DNA of 46,377 nucleotides, from the UHGV virus genome UHGV-1361494; one strand, 5' to 3'. How positions within the stretch are numbered: the stretch's first letter is position 1; every line of letters begins with the position of its first letter. The position numbers and the translations under genes are program-made. The notes beneath the pieces were generated by a model. The model was not told the origin of the DNA. It did not search any database and was given only the letters and a program-made list of their open reading frames with translations. Positions 27,513-36,466 of the stretch are shown in pieces. This stretch comes from a virus.

Positions 27513-27695
27513 GGTCAGTTTAATGAACCCCGAGCAATTCATAGAGAAAAACCTGCGCGAAAAACTGCCAGGCATCGACAACGCGGCTATAGAGGCCGCA
27601 ATTACCCACTACAGGAGCAACCAGAGTGAAAAGAATGGCAAGATTTTCGATGAATGCCTGAAGGTTGCAAAACAACACATGATAAAGGTGAAGTG

Positions 27696-28232
27696 ATGAA
27701 ACTAAAAATCAACAAACCACTACTTGAATCAGCATTAATATTTCAGGCGCGCAACGATGTGCGCTACTACCTGAACGGAATCTGCTTCATGCCTGATGGT
27801 CGCATTGCGTCAACTGACGGTCATCGCGCATTCATTGGCGGCAATCATGAAAATAAGTTGACGGAAAATGTGATCATCAAGATTGGTAAACCTCCAACAA
27901 AACGCTATGACTACGCCATCATTGATACCAAGTCGAAAATTGCAACGTATCATGATGAAGCTGGCGTGATGGTTGGCGCTGGCATCTGCGAAGAGATTGG
28001 CGGCAGATTCCCTGACATTGACCGCGTGATACCAAAGGAAACGAAAGCAGCAGAGGAAATTTGCTTCAATGCTGGCTATCTGGTTGACGTTGAGAAAGTG
28101 GCCAGGCTGTTTAATCCTAAATTCTGTGGCGTTAAGTTTGAATTGAATGGGAATACAAATGCCGCAGTTTGCTGTCTTAGCGCGCCATCTGGCGAAACTG
28201 CGAAGATTGTTGTTATGCCTATGCGTCTGTAG
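27696..28232 (+). CDS. hypothetical protein, possible DNA polymerase III beta (sliding clamp)-like domain
   Basis: ORF 27654..28232; start ATG 27696 overlapping the upstream small ORF stop (ATGA). The N-terminal KLKINKPLLESALIFQARNDVRYYLNGICF pattern resembles DnaN domain beta-strands. This is a weak, motif-level impression only. It is followed by a terminator at 28237-28262. Confidence 0.35.
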   Translation: MKLKINKPLLESALIFQARNDVRYYLNGICFMPDGRIASTDGHRAFIGGNHENKLTENVIIKIGKPPTKRYDYAIIDTKSKIATYHDEAGVMVGAGICEEIGGRFPDIDRVIPKETKAAEEICFNAGYLVDVEKVARLFNPKFCGVKFELNGNTNAAVCCLSAPSGETAKIVVMPMRL

Positions 28233-28313
28233 AAATCAAAAGCCCCGCAACGGGGCTTTTCTTTTATCTTACAGCCATAGAAACCCCCAATAAAAAACCC
28301 GCATTATGCGGGT

Positions 28314-28523
28314 TTAGTTTACTCTGCTTTCTTTTTCTTTTTTCTTTGTCGTCTTTTCTTGCGGGGTTGCGACTTCGAAAGACTTTTCCAGTTCTGGCAT
28401 GACGCGCAGTTTTGACATCAGATGTTCAGCAGGTTCCGTGATAACCTCGCCAAGCTGCAATTCACGAATCTTGCCTTTCTCTTTAACAAAGATTCCGCGT
28501 GCGATGACTTCGTACTTAGCCAT
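28314..28523 (-). CDS. hypothetical small protein downstream of major capsid gene
   Basis: 69-aa ORF with a Lys-rich C-terminus, flanked by hairpins (28540-28565 upstream, 28291-28318 downstream). Confidence 0.35.
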   Translation of the reverse strand: MAKYEVIARGIFVKEKGKIRELQLGEVITEPAEHLMSKLRVMPELEKSFEVATPQEKTTKKKEKESRVN

Positions 28524-28564
28524 TATTCACCTCAAATTCACAAAGGGGCTTTCGCCCCTTTCTA

Positions 28565-29635
28565 TTACTGCGGAGTTTGCGTGCCGTAGCCGTTAAACAC
28601 TTTGGACTTGCCAGTGAAATCCTTACGGATTTGCAAACCGAAAGCTGACCACACCATAAAGTTAAAGTTATCGTGCGGGTTGGCGCGGGCCGCCGCATAG
28701 GTGGAAACAGGCTGAGCAACACGCGGACGGATGTACATGTCGTTGCGAACATAGCCAACGAAATGGTTGCCAGTCAGCAGGAAGTTGGTGCCAATCTTAC
28801 CGATGCGACCATTGCCGAACTGAGTGATGTACTGCTCAACGGTGCCACCTTTAAAGCCAGCAGCATCAGAATACGGACGCATGAAGCTGCGGCGCACTGC
28901 CGGGGAAACCCACAGAGTCACCTGTTCAAATACGTTCTGCGCATCGAGAATAGCCTGGAAATCCTGATTGAAGAAGGTCACGATTTCGTCTGGCGTTGCG
29001 GTTTGCAGGTCGATATTGATGCCACTGCTATCATCCAGCTTGACCTGAATGGTGTTCGGGTGGTTGGTGATACCGTAACCAGTATAAACTCCGTTCACGT
29101 TCAGAGTCTGGTCGCCAGTCAGCAGGTACTGCGCCATGTCGGAACGCAGGTTGAAGGTGACGTTAGCCTGGTCATCCAGCAGCGGGTCAAAACCTTCAGA
29201 TTGCATACCCAGCAGTTCACGCCATTCGCGGCTGTAGCCAGTTTTGAAGATTGGAATCACATCGCCAGTGTAATCGTAGCGAGTTTTATCCAAATCTTCC
29301 GGTTCCTGACCGGACAGAGTGCGGACAACCTTACCAGCACCGGAAGCAATGCGGCTGATTGCCACAGTCTTACCGATATTGATGCTTGCCGCGATACCCA
29401 TCAGGTCAGCCATCATATCCTGACCAGCTTCGTTGCGGAAAACGCGGGTGGTGACGTTGTCCACGTCGCGCCAGTAATCTTTCGTTACCAGTGCGGTGGC
29501 GTTCACACCGTAAGTTTTCGCCAGGTCAGCCTCTGCGTTGCAGAACATCTTGCGGTCGATGGTCAGATGTTTCCACTGGTCAGCCACTACTGCGGAGTTG
29601 GCTACCAAGTCTTTGGTAAAAATAATCTTTTCCAT
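28565..29635 (-). CDS. major capsid protein
   Basis: 356 aa, immediately downstream of the decoration-like and protease/scaffold genes and followed by a stem-loop. Position and size fit a major head protein. Assignment is by synteny, not by motif. Confidence 0.6.
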   Translation of the reverse strand: MEKIIFTKDLVANSAVVADQWKHLTIDRKMFCNAEADLAKTYGVNATALVTKDYWRDVDNVTTRVFRNEAGQDMMADLMGIAASINIGKTVAISRIASGAGKVVRTLSGQEPEDLDKTRYDYTGDVIPIFKTGYSREWRELLGMQSEGFDPLLDDQANVTFNLRSDMAQYLLTGDQTLNVNGVYTGYGITNHPNTIQVKLDDSSGINIDLQTATPDEIVTFFNQDFQAILDAQNVFEQVTLWVSPAVRRSFMRPYSDAAGFKGGTVEQYITQFGNGRIGKIGTNFLLTGNHFVGYVRNDMYIRPRVAQPVSTYAAARANPHDNFNFMVWSAFGLQIRKDFTGKSKVFNGYGTQTPQ

Positions 29636-30108
29636 TACATTCCTCCAGCAGGCATGGAAGCATTGCCAGCGCGACGAACTGCAACCAGCTCAGCGCCACC
29701 AGAGGCAACGGTATAAGTTTCATCGGAATAGAACAGGATGCTCTGACCCGCAACTGCAGGTTTCAGCGCACCAGCGCCATCGCTTGCCAGCGGAGTGCCT
29801 TTCTTCAGTTCGGAAGATTTAGCAACCAGTGCGTGATAGGTGACGCCAAATTCACACTGCACAGCCATGCCAGTAGCGCCAGCGGGAACATCTTCAGATA
29901 CATCACCACCACCGAGGTAGTTATGCTGGAGCACATAAGGGAAACCCTGACCACCAGCGGTAGCGTGTGCGATGATTTTGTCATCGGCAGTATCGAAGTC
30001 AACCAGTGCGCCCGGCTTCAACGCTGCCTTCATGATGCCTTCACGAATCTGCGGGTCATTTTTGCGGGCCGGGCCGCCGATGATGGTGCCATAACGGATA
30101 GTAGCCAT
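29635..30108 (-). CDS. putative head decoration protein
   Basis: 157 aa, Gly/Ala-rich, between the scaffold/protease gene and the capsid gene. Confidence 0.4.
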   Translation of the reverse strand: MATIRYGTIIGGPARKNDPQIREGIMKAALKPGALVDFDTADDKIIAHATAGGQGFPYVLQHNYLGGGDVSEDVPAGATGMAVQCEFGVTYHALVAKSSELKKGTPLASDGAGALKPAVAGQSILFYSDETYTVASGGAELVAVRRAGNASMPAGGM

Positions 30109-31508
30109 TATTCAGGTGCCTCCATATCAAAATCTTCTTCGGCGCGGTTCGGCTGGAACCCGCCGGAAATCGGAGCCGCTTTACTGGTGAGTGCATAGGT
30201 TTCACGCAGTGCTTCGCCAGTCAGCGCATTAACAGCAGATTCCGGCAACTTCAGCTCAGCCATAATGGCGGTGCGCATTGCGGTCTCTTCTTGCGCAGCA
30301 TTGGCTTGCAGCTGGTCGCGTAGAGTTTTGTTTTGCGCCTCCACATCGGCCAGTTTCTGGTTGACTGCGGTCAACGATTCCTGAACCGGTTTGAGGGCAT
30401 CGGCTAATACAGCCTGTAATTCCTCGTCAGTCATTGAGATTTCCCCTTTAGTTGTTTTTACCGGTTCAAGCTCTGTCTTATAAACAGCCTTAACCCGTTC
30501 ACCGACTAATTCTACCATATCCTCACGGACGATGTAGGACTGCATATAAATGGTGCCGTCAATCTCAACGCCGAAGTAATTATCATAAACGGCGACGATG
30601 TAAGGCCACGAGTCGGCTGGCATCTCGGCCTTGATGATATTGCGGAGCTGCTCGGTAATATCGGTGAATGACAGTTGATTGCCAGTCAGGCGATTGATGG
30701 CGCGCTGCCACCATTTGATTTTGTTTGCACTTTCGTCTGGAATAGCCGATTCCTCAAGGTTAACCACGACGCGCTCAATGTCTTCGCCATTGGTGGCAAA
30801 AATGCCAACACCATCTTCTGGTGTTCCAGCCCCTGGGACCCCTGGAGGAAGAATGGCGAGGTGGTCCCACTCCATATTTCGGGCAATCCAGGAATATTTT
30901 TTACCCTTAGAGGTTCCTGATGCCTGCTCGCGGTTGAGTAACAGACCGGTAGACACCTGAACAGGTTCAGCATCGGCGCTGTTAATTTTGAGGCCATCAA
31001 TACGCGATAGTAACTCCCTGCCTTTATCAGATCGCTCAGCTACCACCTTGTTAATATAAAGGTCTACCAGCGCCTTGCTGCCGTCATGAGATGAGTTCTC
31101 AATCCATGCACCAACACTGAACTGATTGGCCGCTCGCGTCATGTTGGCCGACACATATTTACCGTCAATCTTCGGGTGGTCATACGGCGCTGGTTTCCCG
31201 TCAAGCCCATGGAATGATTTTTTAATCTCATCGCCAGGGTACAGACCGCCATTCATGACAATATCATCTACCACCGGCACGACATTCTTGATGACGTAGT
31301 GCTGGTCGCCATCAATGATTTTTTCACTGATGTTGCTGGCCGAATTGATGGTATACAGGATGTTAACCTGTAATTTATTATTCATGTGCTTGAATGCCTC
31401 AACCTCAGCAAGGCGCTTTTTAGCCGCCTCTTCGGTATCGTACTCGCCAAACTGGTGCGAGCCATCCTTAGATTTAACAACCCACTTGTCGCCAATTTTG
31501 ACAATCAT
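30108..31508 (-). CDS. putative prohead protease / scaffolding fusion protein
   Basis: 466 aa; the C-terminal ~90 aa form a coiled coil ([46 protein letters not shown]). It lies directly upstream of the decoration/capsid genes. A strong extended -10 promoter lies upstream. Confidence 0.45.
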   Translation of the reverse strand: MIVKIGDKWVVKSKDGSHQFGEYDTEEAAKKRLAEVEAFKHMNNKLQVNILYTINSASNISEKIIDGDQHYVIKNVVPVVDDIVMNGGLYPGDEIKKSFHGLDGKPAPYDHPKIDGKYVSANMTRAANQFSVGAWIENSSHDGSKALVDLYINKVVAERSDKGRELLSRIDGLKINSADAEPVQVSTGLLLNREQASGTSKGKKYSWIARNMEWDHLAILPPGVPGAGTPEDGVGIFATNGEDIERVVVNLEESAIPDESANKIKWWQRAINRLTGNQLSFTDITEQLRNIIKAEMPADSWPYIVAVYDNYFGVEIDGTIYMQSYIVREDMVELVGERVKAVYKTELEPVKTTKGEISMTDEELQAVLADALKPVQESLTAVNQKLADVEAQNKTLRDQLQANAAQEETAMRTAIMAELKLPESAVNALTGEALRETYALTSKAAPISGGFQPNRAEEDFDMEAPE

Positions 31509-31538
31509 GACCTTTCTCCGCGCTTACTTTATGCCCGG

Positions 31539-31548
31539 ATTATAACAC
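31539..31548 (-). promoter_or_regulatory. extended -10 element (TGTGTTATAAT) upstream of protease/scaffold-capsid genes
   Basis: The minus-strand sequence ...catggtgtgttataatccgggcat... sits ~30 nt upstream of SD GGAGAAAGG and ATG 31508. Confidence 0.45.
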
Positions 31549-31690
31549 ACCATGAATATGCACCACGAAACGGACGCGAGAAGGTAAAGCGGAGATGCGG
31601 TAAAAGCGAAAAGAGTAGCAAAGAATGATATCAGTATGATTGGCATGGCTGCTACCTCCTGAATGCAAGGTAACAGCCAATGATGGAGAT

Positions 31691-32035
31691 TTATTGAGGA
31701 CTATTCTTATTTAGCATTCCGCAGTTAATTTTTGCGCGGTTTACTGCATCCATGAACTTGCCGATTGACATCGTTTTCTTCAGTTCCGCAATGATTGCGC
31801 CATGTAACATCCTCTCCTCGCCATAGTACAGTTTATCGAGTCGCTGCTTCACCAGATTGCGGGTGCGCTGCATGTGGTCGCGTGCTTTGATGGCCTTCTC
31901 TTTCCATACTCTGCCTGCATCATGGTTGCCAGAAAGCTGACGCTCGATAGCCTCAATCTCAAAGGCAAGCGTCATATCAATGTCATCCAGTTCGCTGATT
32001 GTTGCTTCCATGATTTCGTTAAGTTGTAGTTTCAT
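31691..32035 (-). CDS. hypothetical protein
   Basis: 114-aa ORF in a tightly overlap-coupled minus-strand gene string (31691-33699). Confidence 0.35.
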   Translation of the reverse strand: MKLQLNEIMEATISELDDIDMTLAFEIEAIERQLSGNHDAGRVWKEKAIKARDHMQRTRNLVKQRLDKLYYGEERMLHGAIIAELKKTMSIGKFMDAVNRAKINCGMLNKNSPQ

Positions 32036-32307
32036 TTGTTAATATTCTCCTCTAAAGCTCTAATAACAGCGCGGGTCAGGAGACCCTCACCATTCATGGC
32101 TACGTGCGCTTTTATCTCGCTAAGCGCTGCCTTTAAAACGCCAACACTTACCGTAACAACTCGCTTATTATCTTCATTTATTTTCTTCAATCTCTCTATT
32201 GCTGTTAGCTCTTCCACTATCCACCCCATCTCTCTACGATTATTGGCCGTGCGTTCACAGTTGGTGACAAACAGCACGGTTCCTGATTTATGCTTTACCG
32301 CCCACAT
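32032..32307 (-). CDS. hypothetical protein
   Basis: 91 aa; ATGA-type coupling with its neighbours. Confidence 0.35.
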   Translation of the reverse strand: MWAVKHKSGTVLFVTNCERTANNRREMGWIVEELTAIERLKKINEDNKRVVTVSVGVLKAALSEIKAHVAMNGEGLLTRAVIRALEENINK

Positions 32308-32765
32308 GACTGACGCGCCCCGGCAAGCAGCTTTTCAAACATCATCCTGTCACGACTCATTCCAAACGGGATGATTTCCTGCCAGTAATATTTCCATGCG
32401 CCGCCGGGAAGCATTTCGCGGTCAACCTGACCAATGCTTGCCAGATAGCGCATGCGTGCCTTGAGGATGGTGTAATTGACGCCTACAGCCTCTGCTATCT
32501 GCTTGCTCTTGCGTCCCGGGTTCGCCTCAAGATAGGTCTGAATTGCCAGGTCAAGCGCAGTATTATCGGGATTGAGGAAATACTTAAAGCAGCGCCTGCC
32601 ATGGCTTACGCTTTCCTCTTTAATAATAAATCCCATGCCCTCAAGCTCAATCAGATAACCAGTAACGCTGGCTCGGTTTGTCATGCCAGTCTGCTTGCGT
32701 ATCATGGCATTGGTTGCGCCGCCGCAGCGCTCTATCACCGTGAGTATTTGCGTTTTAAAGTCCAT
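32295..32765 (-). CDS. putative winged-helix DNA-binding protein (two wHTH-like repeats)
   Basis: ORF 32295..32819; probable start at MDFKTQILTV (SD GGAG). Repeats LTVIERCGGATNAMIRKQTGMT...GYLIELEGMGFI and KSKQIAEAVGVNYTILKARMRYLASIGQV resemble MarR/PadR-like wHTH. Confidence 0.4.
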   Translation of the reverse strand: MDFKTQILTVIERCGGATNAMIRKQTGMTNRASVTGYLIELEGMGFIIKEESVSHGRRCFKYFLNPDNTALDLAIQTYLEANPGRKSKQIAEAVGVNYTILKARMRYLASIGQVDREMLPGGAWKYYWQEIIPFGMSRDRMMFEKLLAGARQSCGR

Positions 32766-32991
32766 TTGCGCGCTCCATTGCATCCCGTTTGTAGTCGTCG
32801 GCGGTGTAGAGATGGCCATTTCTGGTATTCCATCTCCTGCGCATCAATTCGTCATTTCGATATTCTGCCGTTCGCATTTCACATTCGCCGCATTCAATGT
32901 ATCGCCACCCATCATCAGTTTCAATTCCGACATCCATCGAGCCGCAGTGGGCGCACTCAAGCAGCCCATCATCATTCATCATTGGGTTCAT
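32755..32991 (-). CDS. Lar-family-like zinc-ribbon protein (putative restriction alleviation)
   Basis: 78 aa with CAHCGS...(17 aa)...IECGECE, two CxxC pairs. Its size and acidic character are as in Lar-family proteins. Confidence 0.4.
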   Translation of the reverse strand: MNPMMNDDGLLECAHCGSMDVGIETDDGWRYIECGECEMRTAEYRNDELMRRRWNTRNGHLYTADDYKRDAMERANGL

Positions 32992-33224
32992 TTCTCCACC
33001 TTTTCCATCATGTATTTAACCTGAATGTTGCATGGCTTTCTCAGCACCCTATCCCTGCGATAATCGCGCTTTATGCCAGGTCGCCCGAAACTGGCGCGTA
33101 GCATCTGTTTCAATGTTCGGCGGTCAGGCTGGTTTTTCTGCCACTCATGCCTTGCATTATCCTCCCTGACATCAGCCATTATTAACTGAAGCAACGTGCT
33201 GGCCCTGCTCATTTCGCCACCCAT
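32988..33224 (-). CDS. hypothetical basic protein
   Basis: 78-aa ORF, Arg/Lys-rich. Confidence 0.3.
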   Translation of the reverse strand: MGGEMSRASTLLQLIMADVREDNARHEWQKNQPDRRTLKQMLRASFGRPGIKRDYRRDRVLRKPCNIQVKYMMEKVEK

Positions 33225-33400
33225 TCACCAATATTGCTGAAATGCGGGCGCCCTTCGCGCCATTCGATAATTTCGCGGTTAACCTGCCGCTGCATGCGGT
33301 TGCGAACTTCGCGCAATTCGCTTTCAACCCAGGCGCGAGTACGGTCGAGTTCATCCAGCTTGTTCAACAACTCTTTTTCGTACACCTGATCAGTATTCAT
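33209..33400 (-). CDS. hypothetical protein
   Basis: 63-aa ORF. Confidence 0.3.
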   Translation of the reverse strand: MNTDQVYEKELLNKLDELDRTRAWVESELREVRNRMQRQVNREIIEWREGRPHFSNIGEWVAK

Positions 33401-33483
33401 TTTTTCTCTCCATCAGCACTTTGTAGTGAACGCCATAATATTTGAGCACCTGACTATGGTTGTGCAGATACCCGTCATCATCT

Positions 33484-33699
33484 TCAATCGGTAGTCTTAC
33501 CACGATGTAAAACGCCCGGTAGAGTTCTGTCCATCCATGACAACATTTGCGCTTCCTCGGCTTCATGGGCGGCCTCCATAGCAGCCAGATCAATGCGCTG
33601 CTCGATAGATTTAATGATTGACTCTGGCACATTAAGCATTTGCAGAGTCTCCCTGCAATCGCGCTTATGAACTTCTGTCACCTCCTGCCACTTTTTCAT
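33484..33699 (-). CDS. hypothetical protein
   Basis: 71-aa ORF immediately downstream of the HNH gene (ATGA overlap). Confidence 0.3.
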   Translation of the reverse strand: MKKWQEVTEVHKRDCRETLQMLNVPESIIKSIEQRIDLAAMEAAHEAEEAQMLSWMDRTLPGVLHRGKTTD

Positions 33700-34217
33700 T
33701 CCACACCACCTTTTATCATTCTTTTTGGCCTATTGATTCCATGGTTTTCATGGAAACCATATTTCATTTCAGCTTCAAGTCTGGCCTTTATTGCTTCGCT
33801 CTTTTCTGAAAAGCGACCTAAGTGCAGCCTTGTTCCGTTTAAGACTATTTGCGCGTACCACTTGCCGCGCTTTTTATCAAAACAAACACCAACAACACCA
33901 CTGGTGTTGTCGCTCCTGATTGAACTGTTTCTCGTGTTTTCTCTCCTGTTAACAAGCCTGAGATTCTCTATTCGGTTGTCATCTCTGATGTGGTTGATGT
34001 GATCAATTTCCATGTCTTCCGGTATTGGTCCGTTAAATAGCTCCCAAACAATCCTGTGCTCATATGTCTGGGTGTATTTTACTTTTACCTTTCGATAACC
34101 TGTCGTTGGCTCCAGGCTCCCAATCCTTGCGCCAGCCTTTACGTTGTTTGACGGCTTAACCTTCCAGTAAAGCTTGCCGTTTTCGTAAACAAACAAGTCA
34201 ATAAAGTTCATATCCAC
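33696..34217 (-). CDS. free-standing HNH homing endonuclease (paralog of 19855..20340)
   Basis: 173 aa. Same architecture and many identical residues as the other HNH gene: LYWKVKPSNNVKAGARIG, HRIVWELFNGPIPEDMEIDHINH, IENLRLVNRRENTRN, SGVVGV, GTRLHLGRFS, KYGFHENHG. Confidence 0.85.
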   Translation of the reverse strand: MDMNFIDLFVYENGKLYWKVKPSNNVKAGARIGSLEPTTGYRKVKVKYTQTYEHRIVWELFNGPIPEDMEIDHINHIRDDNRIENLRLVNRRENTRNSSIRSDNTSGVVGVCFDKKRGKWYAQIVLNGTRLHLGRFSEKSEAIKARLEAEMKYGFHENHGINRPKRMIKGGVE

Positions 34218-34265
34218 ATCACTCGCATTAAGATGTTATAATCTACAACACCTAGTATTGACTAA

Positions 34266-34277
34266 TTGACGTAGATT
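34266..34277 (+). promoter_or_regulatory. copy 3 of TTGACGTAGATT promoter motif
   Basis: ttgacgtagatt 34266-34277, upstream of plus-strand genes 34307-35189. Confidence 0.5.
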
Positions 34278-34306
34278 AGTCAAGATGATTTCACAGGAGA
34301 GCGACA

Positions 34307-34507
34307 ATGGCGAGACAACGCAAAGAACCACTGGAAGTACTGACTGATATTATCGCTAAGCGCCAGCCGTTAAGCCTGCGAGATGTCAGATATTACGCGC
34401 ACTGCTATGTAGCAATGCGTGAATGGAGTGCTGAAGAAATGTATGCGTTTGTGCGTGAGCACTTCAGCGTGGATGAGAAAAACAAAGTTACGTTGAGGGT
34501 GGAGTGA
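34307..34507 (+). CDS. hypothetical protein
   Basis: 66 aa; SD AGGAGAG before ATG 34307. Confidence 0.4.
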   Translation: MARQRKEPLEVLTDIIAKRQPLSLRDVRYYAHCYVAMREWSAEEMYAFVREHFSVDEKNKVTLRVE

Positions 34508-34977
34508 TGAAATACAAATACCTGAAAGGAAGTGCTGATTATTTTAATGGTCATGAAGATGCCGTTCTTGCTGTGAAGTCAGCAACCAGTGGCAAAATCC
34601 ACTACCTCAGCGCGGATTATGCAGGGCGAGATAAGGATATCGAAAAGGCTGGCGATATTGTTATCGCCCATCGCGAGCCAGTAACTGATGATGACTTGAA
34701 TTGGCGCATCATCTCAACAGAAGCCCTCGTCACCGAGCGCGGCAGCCGTTATGGCAAATTCAAAGACGGCGCAGAAATCATGCGATCTCTGAAACGAGTT
34801 ATGCATGACGCGGAGGGCTGGAATAACCTGACGGCGAGCCAGAAGGAAGCGCTCGACATGATTCAGCATAAAATTGGTCGCATCCTGAATGGCGACCCGA
34901 CATACGACGATAGCTGGAAAGACATCGCTGGCTATGCAACATTAATTGTTAATGAACTGAATGGGGAGGTGAAGTGA
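34504..34977 (+). CDS. hypothetical protein
   Basis: 157 aa, overlap-coupled (ATGA). Confidence 0.4.
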   Translation: MMKYKYLKGSADYFNGHEDAVLAVKSATSGKIHYLSADYAGRDKDIEKAGDIVIAHREPVTDDDLNWRIISTEALVTERGSRYGKFKDGAEIMRSLKRVMHDAEGWNNLTASQKEALDMIQHKIGRILNGDPTYDDSWKDIAGYATLIVNELNGEVK

Positions 34978-35189
34978 TGCCAATACAAGACCCCGTGCCA
35001 CGCATTGAAATCGACATGGTGGAGTTACACGAACCTGCCCGGCGCGATTATCATGTCCCGAGGCTTGGAGAACCAGCAGCCTACATCATCACCAGCAACC
35101 GTGGTCGCCGCTATCTGGCGTTTGCTGGTAGTGTTGAGCATCAGAATGCGACCATGTTTGGGTACAAAATGGAGGCGCTTTATGCGTGA
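34974..35189 (+). CDS. hypothetical protein
   Basis: 71 aa, overlap-coupled; followed by bidirectional terminator 35214-35236. Confidence 0.35.
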   Translation: MMPIQDPVPRIEIDMVELHEPARRDYHVPRLGEPAAYIITSNRGRRYLAFAGSVEHQNATMFGYKMEALYA

Positions 35190-35211
35190 GATTGACCTTG
35201 GCATTTTCTAA

Positions 35212-35240
35212 AACAAAGCCCCTTACGGGGCTTTTTTGTT
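35212..35240. terminator. bidirectional terminator between plus-strand island and Rz/Rz1
   Basis: aaagccccTTACggggcttttttg with A-tract on the other side. Confidence 0.6.
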
Positions 35241-35717
35241 GCGCAGGGAATTGTATTGTGCCTGACAAGTCAATCCTGCTTCTCTTGCTGAGTCAGCATA
35301 TTCTGCCAGTTGTCGATTTCTTTCGACAGATTCGCTGAGCAGTTGGGAGAGCAAAACTCCGGTACTGGCGGCTGGATTGCCAATGGACTCAGTTCTGGAA
35401 TAATCGAGGAGCTGCTTTCTGATTGTGGCGAGCTGTTGCTGCAACCTGCCAGACTTAACAGCAGCAGCGGAAGCATCAGCACGCGCGGCATCAATGCGGT
35501 TTTGCGCTTCCTGCTCGATGGTCTTTTTGTCTTGCTCATGTTGTTCGCTTGCCTCTTTGTCTTTGACCTTCTGCGCCTCTACGGCGGCCAGATATCCAGA
35601 GTGATATTTCTCCTTCCCGTAATTGACCCACTTTCCGTAGACAATCAGAGCCAGAAGTGCGACGCCAATGATAGCGGCAACAACTTTCCATTTAGCCTTG
35701 AGGATTTGCAGAATCAT
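35223..35717 (-). CDS. Rz: Rz-like i-spanin
   Basis: 164 aa. N-terminal TM segment (VVAAIIGVALLALIVY) followed by a coiled-coil periplasmic domain. It contains an embedded +1-frame lipoprotein gene. Confidence 0.7.
   Translation of the reverse strand: MILQILKAKWKVVAAIIGVALLALIVYGKWVNYGKEKYHSGYLAAVEAQKVKDKEASEQHEQDKKTIEQEAQNRIDAARADASAAAVKSGRLQQQLATIRKQLLDYSRTESIGNPAASTGVLLSQLLSESVERNRQLAEYADSAREAGLTCQAQYNSLRNKKAP
35270..35491 (-). CDS. Rz1: Rz1-like o-spanin lipoprotein, embedded within Rz in the +1 frame
   Basis: ORF 35270..35539; the probable start is the Met of MPRVLMLPLLLLSLAGCSN (lipobox LAGC). The mature part is Pro/Ser-rich with Cys residues. Confidence 0.65.
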   Translation of the reverse strand: MPRVLMLPLLLLSLAGCSNSSPQSESSSSIIPELSPLAIQPPVPEFCSPNCSANLSKEIDNWQNMLTQQEKQD

Positions 35718-35937
35718 TTTTCAGCGCCTTATTCTCTTTCTTCATGCCGCGCATCTTCGCAAGCATGGAGATGACCAGCACGGAGTAGCTGATTGCCTTA
35801 ACCGTAAATGGTGGCAATGCGCTCTTGAGGTCGTCAGGCATCATCATCCAGACCTGCATCGCCACATCAGGGAATACCTGGAGGGCAGAGCATATTGCCA
35901 TCCAGATACCGATAAGCCAGTTACTGATGCGCTTCAT
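35692..35937 (-). CDS. putative holin (two predicted TM helices), translationally coupled to the endolysin stop (ATGA)
   Basis: ORF 35692..36012; start at MKRISNWLIGIWMAICSALQ... (ATG 35937-35935 overlaps lysozyme stop TGA 35936-35934). It has two hydrophobic segments and a charged C-terminus (MKKENKALKND). Confidence 0.5.
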   Translation of the reverse strand: MKRISNWLIGIWMAICSALQVFPDVAMQVWMMMPDDLKSALPPFTVKAISYSVLVISMLAKMRGMKKENKALKNDSANPQG

Positions 35938-36368
35938 GACATGTAGACCTGACGTTCTGCCGCCCTGCGCTTGGTCAGTCCGTTCATGACTTTGCCATTG
36001 GCGCGATTCCATACCCGGAACTGGTCGGCGGCGCAGGTGTAGCAGCGGGCATTATGCTTTTTCAGCAGAGTTGATTTACCAAAGTTACCAAGGCCAATGT
36101 TGTAGGCCAGCGACACCATTGCATCAAACTGGCCCTGAGTGGTTGGGGCAGTGACGAGTGACGAGACGCCGCTTTCAAACTTTGCCACGTCGTCACGCAG
36201 CATCTTTTCAGCTTTCTCTGCGGTGATAACCATGCCTGGCTTAACGCCATTGGTTGTGCCATATCCGATAGTCCACGGCGCTCCGCCAGTTGCCGGGTCT
36301 GGATATGCCTTCGAGCTGTAACCCTCGAATTGTTTAATTAAATCAATGCCACGCTGCGATAGTTTCAT
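35934..36368 (-). CDS. endolysin, GH24 (T4 lysozyme-like) muramidase
   Basis: 144 aa. Motif LIKQFEGYSSKAYPDPATGGAPWTIGYGTT is the catalytic Glu-8x-Asp-5x-Thr-type GH24 signature. No signal peptide. Confidence 0.85.
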   Translation of the reverse strand: MKLSQRGIDLIKQFEGYSSKAYPDPATGGAPWTIGYGTTNGVKPGMVITAEKAEKMLRDDVAKFESGVSSLVTAPTTQGQFDAMVSLAYNIGLGNFGKSTLLKKHNARCYTCAADQFRVWNRANGKVMNGLTKRRAAERQVYMS

Positions 36369-36408
36369 TTTTACCTCCGGTGATGCAGATTATTTTATCA
36401 CAATAGTC

Positions 36409-36422
36409 TTGACGTAGATTGA
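36409..36422 (+). promoter_or_regulatory. copy 4 of TTGACGTAGATTGA promoter motif
   Basis: ttgacgtagattga 36409-36422, divergent from the endolysin start, upstream of plus gene 36467. Confidence 0.55.
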
Positions 36423-36466
36423 ATCGTAAGCGATGATGTAGATACACAAACACAGGAGAGTAAAAA

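Noticed and set aside
28673-29716. 347-aa plus-strand ORF antisense to the major capsid gene
   Set aside because: It lies entirely within and opposite to a well-supported late gene. The amino-acid composition is odd (Arg/His/Val-rich, no motifs). It is a typical GC-rich antisense shadow ORF.
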